Shown here: positions 1 to 8,706 of the stretch, piece by piece
Numbering within the stretch: position 1 is the stretch's first letter
Layout of the letters: every line of letters starts with the position of its first letter
Assembly: GCF_000018105.1 (NCBI RefSeq)
Contig: NC_009925.1
Span: forward strand, 3,690,001 to 3,722,000
Length of the DNA stretch: 32,000 bases
Origin: Acaryochloris marina MBIC11017
GTDB taxonomy: Bacteria > Cyanobacteriota > Cyanobacteriia > Thermosynechococcales > Thermosynechococcaceae
Direction: 5' to 3'
Position numbers and translations under genes: made by a program
Notes under the pieces: generated by a model
Databases searched by the model: none
Seen by the model: the letters and a program-made list of their open reading frames with translations, nothing else
What the model was told of the DNA's origin: nothing

Positions 1-133
1 CCTTAGTGCCCCGTTGACGAATAATGATGTTGCCTGCCCGGACGACTTCACCGCCGTAACGCTTAACCCCTAAACGCTGAGCGTTAGAGTCCCGTCCGTT
101 GCGGGTACTACCGGTTCCTTTCTTATGAGCCAT
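1..133 (-). CDS. rpmA: 50S ribosomal protein L27, first 44 codons (3' end runs off the window start)
   Basis: Absent from the ORF track because there is no stop in the window. The reverse complement of 1..133 reads [44 protein letters not shown], the conserved L27 N-terminus. It lies 50 nt downstream of rplU, as in the canonical rplU-rpmA operon. Confidence 0.9.
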
Positions 134-183
134 AATGTCCTCGTGAATGCTTTGGGATAAGGTTTGAAATTGCTTGGGAATAA

Positions 184-594
184 CTAATCCGCAACGACTT
201 CTGCTTCAACAGCCACTGCTTCGTCGCTTGCTTTGGATTTCTTGGTCTTTTTGGTGCTTGCTGCCCCAAGAGCCTTACCATCTAGATGAATTGCATCCAC
301 CATTAAGCGGGTGAGTTCTTGACGATGCCCCCGCTTCTTCCGGGTTTTCTTTTTGGGCTGCATCTTGTAGACGATAATCTTGCGATCGCGGCGATGCTGC
401 ATCACGGTTACTTCAACGGTCGCCCCTTTGACTAAGGGTTGGCCAACCGTGGCTTCATTGCCATCATGGACGAGCAAGACTTGGTTGAGGGATAATTTGG
501 TATCTGGATCGTCTGCTAGACGATCAACATCGTAATATCGACCGGGTTCTACTTTTAACTGTTTTCCACCCGTTTCGATAATTGCAAAAGTCAT
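184..594 (-). CDS. rplU: 50S ribosomal protein L21
   Basis: 136-aa ORF with ATG at 592-594. [26 protein letters not shown] and [17 protein letters not shown] are conserved L21 motifs. It has a Lys/Ala/Glu-rich C-terminal extension. Confidence 0.9.
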
Positions 595-758
595 TTGATT
601 TGAGCCTCAATAAGCCGTACAGGTATCTGATCCTCTGTTTTTGCTTGAGCATCAGCATTTAGGGCATGGACCTGATCCGAGCTGAACAAAAGTATGCCGA
701 ATATCTAGTATTCAAAATTTTAGGGTGGATTGTCAACTGTTAATCGCAAAGACAACCA

Positions 759-1181
759 TCATCCTTCAGAGGGAGATTGAAAGGGCAAAGGTAGACGCTC
801 CGCATGTCCCCAAAATGCTTCTAAATCATAGTATTCCCGCTGTTCTGGCATCAGTACATGGGAGATAACGTCGCCATAGTCTAGCAAAACCCAGGTGCCT
901 TCAGCTTTCCCTTCTTGACGAACCGGGAGCCTATGGTAGTGGTCTTCAGCTGCTTTCTCCATAGACTCTGTAATTGCTCTCACCTGGGTGCGAGAAAAGC
1001 CAGTGACGATGACAAAGTAATCAGCGATAAAAGAAACATCTGCGACCTGTAGCACCAAAATGTCGCCCCCTTTACGGTCATCGGCTGCTTCAGCCAAGCA
1101 TAACGCTAAGGTTTGGGCTAAGTCTTGTGCAGGTGACAGGGGAGTATTTATGGTTGGTTGTCCAGAAGAATTAGAAACCAA
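759..1181 (-). CDS. rsfS: ribosome silencing factor RsfS (IojAP family)
   Basis: The core DDRKGGDILVLQV...ADYFVIVTGFSRTQVRAI...WVLLDYGDVISHVLMPEQREYYDLEAFW matches the RsfS family. The track start is TTG and there is no in-frame ATG before the core, so the exact start is uncertain. It lies downstream of yqeK, as is usual. Confidence 0.85.
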   Translation of the reverse strand: MVSNSSGQPTINTPLSPAQDLAQTLALCLAEAADDRKGGDILVLQVADVSFIADYFVIVTGFSRTQVRAITESMEKAAEDHYHRLPVRQEGKAEGTWVLLDYGDVISHVLMPEQREYYDLEAFWGHAERLPLPFQSPSEG

Positions 1182-1273
1182 AAGTTTGAAAATGTATAGA
1201 GCTATCCTCTACACCTTAACTTAGGAAACTTGAGTTGGATGTCAAGATTGCTGAACCTCAATTGGATGTGATT

Positions 1274-1876
1274 TTAAGATTGAAGTTCTAGCCATGCCCA
1301 GTTGCGAGTAAGCACCATGCGGGGGTGAATCAGGCGTTGGGTTTTCACTAAGTGTTTCAGAGTGAGGTCACAGACGAGCGCGACGGCATGGTGAAGATCC
1401 TGGTAACTCATCTCTCGGGCTGCCTGGACTTTGGGCCGATCGCCCCGTCCTGGTTCTAAGCTGTCGGCCAGAAAGACCACGCAGCTTAAATCGCTCATCT
1501 GGGGTTGTCCAAGGGTATGGTTGCTGATGGCAGCTAGAATCTCAGTATCCGTAATACCGAAGGTTTCTTGAGCCACTAGGGCGCTGACTTGGGCATGTAA
1601 CAAGTGAGGATTAGCTTCATCCACAGGATCGGTGGGGAGTTGGTGCTTTTGGGCGAGGGCCAAGAGTTGTGCGGGCGGAAAATATTTGGCTAAATCATGC
1701 ATCAGACCGGCCCTGGCAGCTTGCTCTTGATCGAGCTGATGTCGCTGAGCCAAGTCTCGAGCCATGGCTTCGACTCTCAGAATATGTTGAATTCGGATCT
1801 CGGGGACATTCTCTTTAAGCCATTGGAGCACAGTATCTCTGGCCCAAGGAGCAAGATCAGGTTGCACAGATGTCAT
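1274..1876 (-). CDS. yqeK: HD-domain protein, YqeK-type bis(5'-nucleosyl)-tetraphosphatase
   Basis: HD motif region RIQHILRVEAMARDLA...AGLMHDLAKY...HAQVSA...ISNHTLG typical of YqeK. The track ORF begins at a TTG (1903). I prefer the in-frame ATG at 1874-1876 (MTSVQPDL...). Confidence 0.75.
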   Translation of the reverse strand: MTSVQPDLAPWARDTVLQWLKENVPEIRIQHILRVEAMARDLAQRHQLDQEQAARAGLMHDLAKYFPPAQLLALAQKHQLPTDPVDEANPHLLHAQVSALVAQETFGITDTEILAAISNHTLGQPQMSDLSCVVFLADSLEPGRGDRPKVQAAREMSYQDLHHAVALVCDLTLKHLVKTQRLIHPRMVLTRNWAWLELQS

Positions 1877-1991
1877 GGGATCAAAATCAATGGCGTATAT
1901 CAAACTTTATGCAAGAATGATGCTGACGGACCCCGTAGGACTCCCAGCCCCTTGCCGTTCTCAAATCCTAACTGGAAAAGAAGGCTATAGC

Positions 1992-2020
1992 GAAAAAGCC
2001 TTGGTAGTTCTACCAAGGCT
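1992..2020 (-). terminator. rho-independent terminator downstream of the COP23-family gene
   Basis: Perfect 10-bp stem AGCCTTGGTA / TACCAAGGCT (1997-2006 / 2011-2020) with a 4-nt loop. On the minus strand it is followed by TTTTT (complement of A1993-1997). It lies 68 nt past the stop at 2089. Confidence 0.65.
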
Positions 2021-2088
2021 GGTCAAGTATTAAGAGAGACCAATGGTTTAGGGAGACTCTCCCTCAATCCACAGCAATTTTGGGCAGT

Positions 2089-2916
2089 CTAACGGAATTG
2101 ATCGGGTTGTAGTTTTAATCCTTTGCTGCTATTGCGGGTCCGATTCTGTTGTTTGGTGATGGGAACGCCTTTACGGAAGGCTTTGCCGGTGCCGCCATCT
2201 GCGGGGTCGAGATGAGGTCTGAGATTCATCCCTGCCGTAAATTGGGTACCGTTTTGGGAACGATTCCGTTTGCCAAAAAGAGAGCGACCAATATTGACGA
2301 TTTGCCCCAGGGAATCGTTGCCGCCATTGCCGACAAACGTATTGACGCCTTGAGTGGTTTGGCCACTGTTGGCAACCGTCAGATTATCAAAAACGGCATT
2401 GCGCGTGCTGGTAGCATCTTGTCCTGGTGGAACTGTGAACACGATGCGGCAGCTGGGATCGGCTTCAGATGTGGCACAAACGGTGTTGTAGCCATTCTCA
2501 GTGCCTGTTTGGAGTTCCAGCAAGCCGTCTGGGCGATATTCTTCTAAGCGTCGAGCAATTTCTTGACACCGCAGTTCGGGGGTCCAACCGCCGCCCATTT
2601 CAGCGGGTACTGCCCAGGCAAAGGCTTCATTGGGACGACTTTTAGGGTTATACATGACGGTATAGTCACCGCTAGTATATTGGCAGAAAAAGCGAGTGCT
2701 GGAGGTAATATCTGGAGTGTCAGTGCGGATATCTGCATCTGGATTGTCGGGATCGACTCGTCCGCTGGTGTCGGGATCAACTTCAGGGATATCGTCGACT
2801 GAGCTGTCTTGAGCCAGACTGGGATTGAAACCCGTACTGAGAATTGCGATCGCAATCCCCAAACTAGAGTGGGCTGCGATGCGAATTGCGCGTTGATCAA
2901 CCCTCAAAGTCGCCAT
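2089..2916 (-). CDS. COP23-family (circadian oscillating protein) secreted protein
   Basis: Signal-peptide-like N-terminus (RIAAHSSLGIAIAILSTGFNPSLAQD). The core is FFCQ...YTVMYNP...FAWAVP...GGGWTPELRCQEIARRLEEYR...NGYNTVCAT...CRIVFTVPPGQD, with a Cys pattern I recognise as COP23. The track start at 2931 is TTG. The ATG at 2914-2916 has a GAGGTG Shine-Dalgarno upstream. Confidence 0.6.
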   Translation of the reverse strand: MATLRVDQRAIRIAAHSSLGIAIAILSTGFNPSLAQDSSVDDIPEVDPDTSGRVDPDNPDADIRTDTPDITSSTRFFCQYTSGDYTVMYNPKSRPNEAFAWAVPAEMGGGWTPELRCQEIARRLEEYRPDGLLELQTGTENGYNTVCATSEADPSCRIVFTVPPGQDATSTRNAVFDNLTVANSGQTTQGVNTFVGNGGNDSLGQIVNIGRSLFGKRNRSQNGTQFTAGMNLRPHLDPADGGTGKAFRKGVPITKQQNRTRNSSKGLKLQPDQFR

Positions 2917-3172
2917 AGGAGTGCACCTCAAAATTCCTTAAAACAAGGACATCCAGATCCTCTGGAGCCCAAAAACACGAATGTGGGTAATCTGAGTCAA
3001 TAGGATGACAACATTGATTCAGATTTTTAGTAAAAACTGATATATCTCGTAATGACCGTCGGATTCTGACAATGTTCCACCGAACGCCAGGGAATGTCAC
3101 AAAACTTTATTAATTATTGTAATTGTCGTATACTTCTAACGATGATCCCACCGGAGCAAGGATAGCCCTTAC

Positions 3173-4123
3173 ATGACAGCAAAGGTCACGCCCAAGTCGG
3201 TTCCATTTCATTTTCTCGGCCCGCCTGGGGCATTCAATCCAACCCTGCTGTTGTTCTTCGGTGCATTGGCGTTGCTGCTGGGGTCCACCTACGCTCATTA
3301 CCAGCTGTCGTTACCAGGTTGGTGTACGTTTGTGGCGAATACGTTAGCCCTGCACTTTGCAGGCACCGTGATTCATGATGCCTGTCATAAGGTGGCTCAC
3401 CAAAATCGTATCGTGAATGCTGCTTTAGGCCATGGCAGTGCATTGATCTTGGGGTTCGCCTTTCCGGTATTTACGCGAGTCCATCTTCAGCACCATGCTG
3501 CCGTCAACGACCCTGACAATGATCCCGATCATTATGTGTCGACGGGTGGTCCGCTATGGTTGATTGCCCCTCGCTTCTTCTATCACGAAGTCTTTTTCTT
3601 CAGACGTCGTCTATGGCGAAAGTTTGAGCTGCTGGAGTGGTTCTTAAGCCGCCTATACCTGGTCACCCTAATTGTTTGTGCTTGTAAATTCGACTTTATT
3701 CACTACGTTTTGAATTTTTGGTTTGTACCGGCACTGATTGTGGGGACCACTCTAGGATTCTTTTTTGACTATTTCCCCCATCGCCCATTTCATGAACGGA
3801 ATCGTTGGCGCAATGCCCGGGTTTATGCCAACCCTGTCTTGAATGTGTTGATTTTGGGGCAAAACTATCATCTGATTCATCACCTATGGCCTTCTATTCC
3901 TTGGTATAAGTGTGAACCTGCTTATCATGCAGTCAAACCTCTATTGGATGAAAAGAACTGTCACCAGCGAATTGGCATTTTCCAGCGCAAAGGATTTCTT
4001 GGATTTGTCTATGACTTCTTCTTAGGTGTTCGCTTTGAGCATACGGTTTCGACAGAAGCCCTCGAAGAAATGATTGGCGTCAACCCAGCAGAGCCAGAAC
4101 TTCAGTTGGTTGAATCAGCTTAG
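3173..4123 (+). CDS. crtR: beta-carotene hydroxylase, CrtR type (membrane di-iron fatty-acid-desaturase superfamily)
   Basis: Three His boxes: HDACHKVAH, HLQHHAAVNDPDNDPDHY and NYHLIHHLWPSIPWY. The ~316 aa length and multiple TM segments resemble cyanobacterial CrtR rather than acyl-lipid desaturases. Confidence 0.65.
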   Translation: MTAKVTPKSVPFHFLGPPGAFNPTLLLFFGALALLLGSTYAHYQLSLPGWCTFVANTLALHFAGTVIHDACHKVAHQNRIVNAALGHGSALILGFAFPVFTRVHLQHHAAVNDPDNDPDHYVSTGGPLWLIAPRFFYHEVFFFRRRLWRKFELLEWFLSRLYLVTLIVCACKFDFIHYVLNFWFVPALIVGTTLGFFFDYFPHRPFHERNRWRNARVYANPVLNVLILGQNYHLIHHLWPSIPWYKCEPAYHAVKPLLDEKNCHQRIGIFQRKGFLGFVYDFFLGVRFEHTVSTEALEEMIGVNPAEPELQLVESA

Positions 4124-4133
4124 TTATTTAGCT

Positions 4134-5189
4134 CTAAGACACTTTAGAAAACTCGTTATCATCTTCTTCGGTGTCATTATCCATCAGGCTCAGCAAAACC
4201 CCAGCAATGGGGATGGATAGGAATAAACCGACTAGTCCTGCTAAGCGTGAGCCGATCAGTAACGCAAAGAACAAGACGACTGGATTCATTTGTAATGAAT
4301 TCTGCATTACTCGGGGCATCAGAATATTCTCTTCAATTTGTTGCAGCACTATACAGGCGATGAGCACCTGCATAGCTCTCCATAACCCTTGAGGCAAGAG
4401 AATCAAAGAGATTAAGCCAATCCCGATGGTCGCTCCAATGCCTGGAATCATATCGAAGATACCCGCAACCACTGCCAAAATGAGCGGTACGGGGACGCTT
4501 AGACTCAAAAAGACGAAGAAACTGGAGACTGCAAAAAATAACGCTAATAAAAAACGTCCCCAGAAAAAACCTAGGAAATTCCGTTTCATCGCTAGGGTAA
4601 ATCGAGTCCGAGACGCTTTGGGGAGTCCCCTGAGCAACCATTTCCAAATGCGCCCGCCATCTAACAGCATGAAGAAACTGACGACCGCTACTAGAATAAG
4701 GTCGATTAAATTGTTAACGATGCCTTGAATGACCCCGACACTAGACCCAATACTTTCAATCACCTGGTCTCGGAATTTGGCCTCGATAGCCCCAAAGTCA
4801 ATTTGGACATCGCGTGCCGCCAGCATCTGTTCAGCTTGGCGACTTAACTGTTCCATGGCGTTCAAAAATTCAGTCACACTATTGACCAGCTCTTGTCCTT
4901 GAGAGAGGACGGCAAACAGAATTGTGATCAGGAGGCCAAACAGCAGCAGTAATCCCACCATAAAGACGACGGTAGCGGCAACGCCATGGGGGAGAAACCG
5001 CTTCAGCCATTGGGTGGGATAGTTGAGGAGAAAGGCCAGAATGGCGGCAAATATAAAAATCAGTAAAATGCCTTGAAAATAGGCAAATACCTGAAGGGTG
5101 GCCCAACTTGAAGCAAATAAAAGCAAAAAACGAATGAGAACAGAGTTCGTCAAGCGATTTAAAAAGTATTTGCGGTAAGGAGCAGGCAT
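4134..5189 (-). CDS. AI-2E family transporter (PerM-like permease)
   Basis: 351 aa with ~8 TM segments. Contains the characteristic ...FFMLLDG..., FDMIPGIGATIG and ENILMPRVM motifs of the AI-2E/UPF0118 family. ATG at 5187-5189. Confidence 0.8.
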   Translation of the reverse strand: MPAPYRKYFLNRLTNSVLIRFLLLFASSWATLQVFAYFQGILLIFIFAAILAFLLNYPTQWLKRFLPHGVAATVVFMVGLLLLFGLLITILFAVLSQGQELVNSVTEFLNAMEQLSRQAEQMLAARDVQIDFGAIEAKFRDQVIESIGSSVGVIQGIVNNLIDLILVAVVSFFMLLDGGRIWKWLLRGLPKASRTRFTLAMKRNFLGFFWGRFLLALFFAVSSFFVFLSLSVPVPLILAVVAGIFDMIPGIGATIGIGLISLILLPQGLWRAMQVLIACIVLQQIEENILMPRVMQNSLQMNPVVLFFALLIGSRLAGLVGLFLSIPIAGVLLSLMDNDTEEDDNEFSKVS

Positions 5190-5271
5190 AGAGACCAGAG
5201 GATAACCTACTCAACTATTGCATGCTCGGCTGAGCAGTCGCTTAATCTTATATAAAAGCCATAGATTGCTT

Positions 5272-6129
5272 CTAAGACGTTTCCATGTTCAAGATGGACT
5301 GTAATCCTTCCCTGTACGAGGGGTGGAGTAGCTGTATACCCAGGTCTGTTTTAATTTTGGAGTTGCTGACGCGGCGACATTCTTGCCAAAAGGAATGGGC
5401 CATGGGACTCATTTGAACATCTTCATAGGCCACAACAGGTGGGGGCTGAATCCCTAGTAATCGGCTGCCTTCTTCAATTAAAGTATTGGGTTCAGAGGGC
5501 AGGTCGTCGGCAGCGTTATAAATAGAGCCAGGTTGGGGGTTCAGCATGGACTGATAGACGGTCTGGACGATGTCATCTACATGAATTCGACTGAAGACAT
5601 GACCAGGTTTGAAGATATTGCGGGCAGTCCCCTTTTTGAGGCGGTCCAAAATACTCCGACCGGGACCGTAGATACCTGGTAGACGGAAGATGTGAGTGGG
5701 TAATGCAGACTGTAAAAACTGGGTTTCAGCATGGACACGATTTTGCGATCGCACTGACTGGGGTTGGACAGGACTCTCTTCATCCACCCATGCCCCTTGA
5801 GAATCCCCATAGACACCCGTTGTAGATAGGTAGCCAAACCATTTCAAAGGCAGCTTTTCTAGAGTTGATAGTAGGTGTACAGCGACGGGATCATTGCCCT
5901 GTTGATCGGGGGGAATACTACTCAAGACATGGGTGACTCCCTCATAGGCAGCAGCAGGGGGTAAGACAGGATTGGTATCAAGATCATGGGCAAACGGGAA
6001 AGCAGATAGTCCTGGAATGTCACCGCTGCGATTGGTAACATGTACCCGAATGTTGTCCTGGGTCAGCCGGTCTACTAATCGCAGCCCGGTATAGCCACAA
6101 CCGAGAATTAACACTTTCATATCAGTCAT
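5272..6129 (-). CDS. NAD(P)-binding SDR-family epimerase/dehydratase-like protein
   Basis: N-terminal Rossmann motif KVLILGCGYTGLRL, 285 aa, extended-SDR-like layout. Substrate unknown. Confidence 0.65.
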   Translation of the reverse strand: MTDMKVLILGCGYTGLRLVDRLTQDNIRVHVTNRSGDIPGLSAFPFAHDLDTNPVLPPAAAYEGVTHVLSSIPPDQQGNDPVAVHLLSTLEKLPLKWFGYLSTTGVYGDSQGAWVDEESPVQPQSVRSQNRVHAETQFLQSALPTHIFRLPGIYGPGRSILDRLKKGTARNIFKPGHVFSRIHVDDIVQTVYQSMLNPQPGSIYNAADDLPSEPNTLIEEGSRLLGIQPPPVVAYEDVQMSPMAHSFWQECRRVSNSKIKTDLGIQLLHPSYREGLQSILNMETS

Positions 6130-6338
6130 AGATGCTTGCTGGTGGGGAGACGACGATCTTTGTAGCCAATGGGATGAGAGATGGAAACTGTGCCTTTAGG
6201 AAGCGACTTTCAGCCATGTCATGCCAACCATAGACTTTTTTTCGCAAAAATCATCTCTTTGATTTAAACATTGCTTTGTGTTTGTGTAAAAAACTGGGCA
6301 GACTAAGAGCAAGACTTCAACTAGAACTTGCACAGAAG

Positions 6339-6896
6339 ATGACTGCAACGATGACTATTGGTGAAATTGTTGAACAGGCAATGAGAAACGGCTATCTGAC
6401 TCCAACCATGGAAGCAGAAGTGGGCCGGATCTGTGATAATGCCTCCGAGCTGGCTGTTGAAGAATATCAATCCCTCGATCGATTGATGGGGGCTCTGCTC
6501 ACGGGCCAAGTGGTTGCGGTGCCTCGCAAACAGTTCATTAATGTCATGGAAGAACTGGTGCTGACTGAAGCGATAACCCGCGTGTCCAAGATTGAAGCAA
6601 CGAGCAATCACACCTTGGACTTGGGCGATATTGCGGCCTATGCCCTCAATCGATTGCCACCCCTCTATGCCACAACGGAAGAAGGGGCAAACTATCAGCG
6701 TCAGCGAGCCAGACAAGAGCTGCTAGATCTGATTATTCAGCAAGTTGAAACCGCAATTTCCCGCAACCTGGATCAGCCGGACTTCTATCCTGATCGTCAT
6801 GCCCTAGAGTCTGATCACCAAAAAGATTTACTGGGTCAAGTCAGCTCGTTGCTGCAAGCTTATGCCCCTGATTATGAGCAGCCTGTCAAAAGCTAA
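6339..6896 (+). CDS. ComFB-domain protein (late competence development protein ComFB family)
   Basis: INVMEELVLTEAI...DIAAYALNRLPPLYATTEEG is the ComFB signature. The track ORF starts at a TTG (6276). I prefer the ATG at 6339 (MTATMTIGE...). Confidence 0.65.
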   Translation: MTATMTIGEIVEQAMRNGYLTPTMEAEVGRICDNASELAVEEYQSLDRLMGALLTGQVVAVPRKQFINVMEELVLTEAITRVSKIEATSNHTLDLGDIAAYALNRLPPLYATTEEGANYQRQRARQELLDLIIQQVETAISRNLDQPDFYPDRHALESDHQKDLLGQVSSLLQAYAPDYEQPVKS

Positions 6897-7010
6897 ATAA
6901 AGATTGCTTTCAGGATTATGCGGCCTTTCCCTGATACGCTGAGGCTCTAGAATTAATCAATCGCATTCTAGCTTGAGCTTTAAATCAGCAGTTTTGGCCT
7001 ATTTCTGTCC

Positions 7011-8705
7011 ATGAATATTCAACACCGTTCTCCCCTATGGATTTACGACACAACGCTGCGGGACGGTGCGCAACGAGAAGGTATTTCTCTATCTGTTGAA
7101 GATAAATTAACTATTGCTCATCAGCTGGATAAGCTTGGTATTCCCTTTATTGAAGGGGGGTGGCCGGGTGCGAATCCGAAAGATGAACAGTTTTTTCAGA
7201 AATTAAAAACGTCACCCCTTCGTCAGGCTGAGGTCGTTGCGTTTTGTTCGACCCGTCGTCCAGGGAACCAGGCTGCAGAAGATCCGGTTCTGCGACCGAT
7301 TTTAGCGGCAGAAACGCGTTGGATCACCCTATTTGGCAAATCTTGGGATTTTCACGTTACGGCTGGGCTTAAAACCACCCTGGGTGAAAACCTAGCTATG
7401 ATTGCTGATTCCATCAACTACCTGTGCCAGCAGGATCGACAAGTGATTTATGATGCAGAGCATTGGTTTGATGGATATAAGCACAATCCAGCCTATGCTC
7501 TAGAAACGATTCAAGCTGCGGTTCAGGCAGGGGCCAAATGGGTTGTCCTTTGTGATACCAATGGCGGAACATTACCCCATGAAGTCGCAGAGAGTGTCCA
7601 AGCAGTCAGGCAAGTGATTCAAGACTGTCAGGGAACGACTCAAATTGGCATTCATACCCACAATGACTCAGGGACGGCGGTCGCGAATGCCATAGCAGCG
7701 GTGCAGCAAGGGGCTGAGATGGTCCAAGGGACGATCAATGGCTATGGTGAACGCTGCGGAAATGCCAACCTCTGTACTCTGATTCCCAATTTGCAATTGA
7801 AGTTGGGATATCACTGTGTAGAACCAGAACAGTTAGCCGAACTCACACCCAGTAGCCGCTTGATCAGCGAGCGCGTTAATCTAGCGCCGGATGATCATGC
7901 CCCGTTTGTGGGGTTATCTGCTTTTGCTCATAAGGGGGGCATCCATGTCAGTGCGGTACAGCGTGATCCCCAGACCTATGAACATATTGAACCCCAGACA
8001 GTGGGTAACCAGCGGCGGATTGTGATTTCTGAGCAGGCTGGTCTGAGTAATGTTCTGGAGAAGGCGAACCATTGTGGCATTGCCCTGGATAAGCAAAATC
8101 CGGTGAGTCGACAGCTGCTTCAGCAGCTAAAGCAGTTGGAGCATGAAGGGTATCAATTTGAAGCTGCAGAAGCGAGTTTTGAATTGTTGCTTAGGCAAGC
8201 GTTGGAGCAGCGTCCTAGTTTGTTTGAACTCCATGGTTTTGATGTGCATTGCTACTGTGGATCTCTAGAGTCTCGCCAGCAAGGTGGCTTTAGCAGCACT
8301 GCCCTAGCGACGGTAAAAGTGGTGGTCGGTGTGCAAGAAATTTTGACGGCTGCAGAAGGGAATGGACCAGTATCTGCTTTAGATGCGGCCTTGAGGAAGG
8401 CTTTAGTAGATGTGTATCCCAGTATTGCGAAGTTTCAGCTTACGGACTATAAAGTCCGAATTTTAGATGGTAAGCATGGTACCTCTGCTAAGACCCGGGT
8501 GCTAGTGGAATCGACCGATGGTCAGAACCGTTGGACAACGGTAGGGGTATCCACCAATATTATTGGGGCTTCCTATCAAGCGGTGGCAGAAGGTATTGAG
8601 TATGGATTGTTGCGCCCCTGCTTTAAAGACTCTGATGAGTGCCCTATTGGTATTAGAGCGATTTTGAATGATTTAAATTCAGCGCCAGCTAAGCACTTGG
8701 CCTAG
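7011..8705 (+). CDS. cimA: (R)-citramalate synthase (LeuA/CimA family)
   Basis: N-terminal HMGL-like barrel motif TTLRDGAQREGISLSVEDKL...IEGGWPGANPKD and HTHNDSGTAVANA. Has a C-terminal LeuA-dimer-type regulatory domain. At 564 aa it fits the cyanobacterial CimA-type long form. Confidence 0.75.
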   Translation: MNIQHRSPLWIYDTTLRDGAQREGISLSVEDKLTIAHQLDKLGIPFIEGGWPGANPKDEQFFQKLKTSPLRQAEVVAFCSTRRPGNQAAEDPVLRPILAAETRWITLFGKSWDFHVTAGLKTTLGENLAMIADSINYLCQQDRQVIYDAEHWFDGYKHNPAYALETIQAAVQAGAKWVVLCDTNGGTLPHEVAESVQAVRQVIQDCQGTTQIGIHTHNDSGTAVANAIAAVQQGAEMVQGTINGYGERCGNANLCTLIPNLQLKLGYHCVEPEQLAELTPSSRLISERVNLAPDDHAPFVGLSAFAHKGGIHVSAVQRDPQTYEHIEPQTVGNQRRIVISEQAGLSNVLEKANHCGIALDKQNPVSRQLLQQLKQLEHEGYQFEAAEASFELLLRQALEQRPSLFELHGFDVHCYCGSLESRQQGGFSSTALATVKVVVGVQEILTAAEGNGPVSALDAALRKALVDVYPSIAKFQLTDYKVRILDGKHGTSAKTRVLVESTDGQNRWTTVGVSTNIIGASYQAVAEGIEYGLLRPCFKDSDECPIGIRAILNDLNSAPAKHLA

Positions 8706-8706
8706 A

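Noticed and set aside
1697-3443. Track ORFs nested in or antisense to yqeK, the COP23 gene and crtR (1697-1990+, 2149-2547+, 2544-2900-, 2563-2802+, 2809-3003+, 2897-3100-, 3110-3298-, 3234-3443-)
   Set aside because: They overlap CDS with clear family motifs, and have no recognisable motifs or ribosome-binding sites of their own. Their composition is typical of off-frame translation.
4171-5214. ORFs 4171-4392+, 4333-4647-, 4426-4728+ and 4879-5214- inside the AI-2E transporter gene
   Set aside because: They are alternative frames of a well-supported membrane-protein CDS. The Lys/Arg-rich or Cys-rich products look like frame artefacts.
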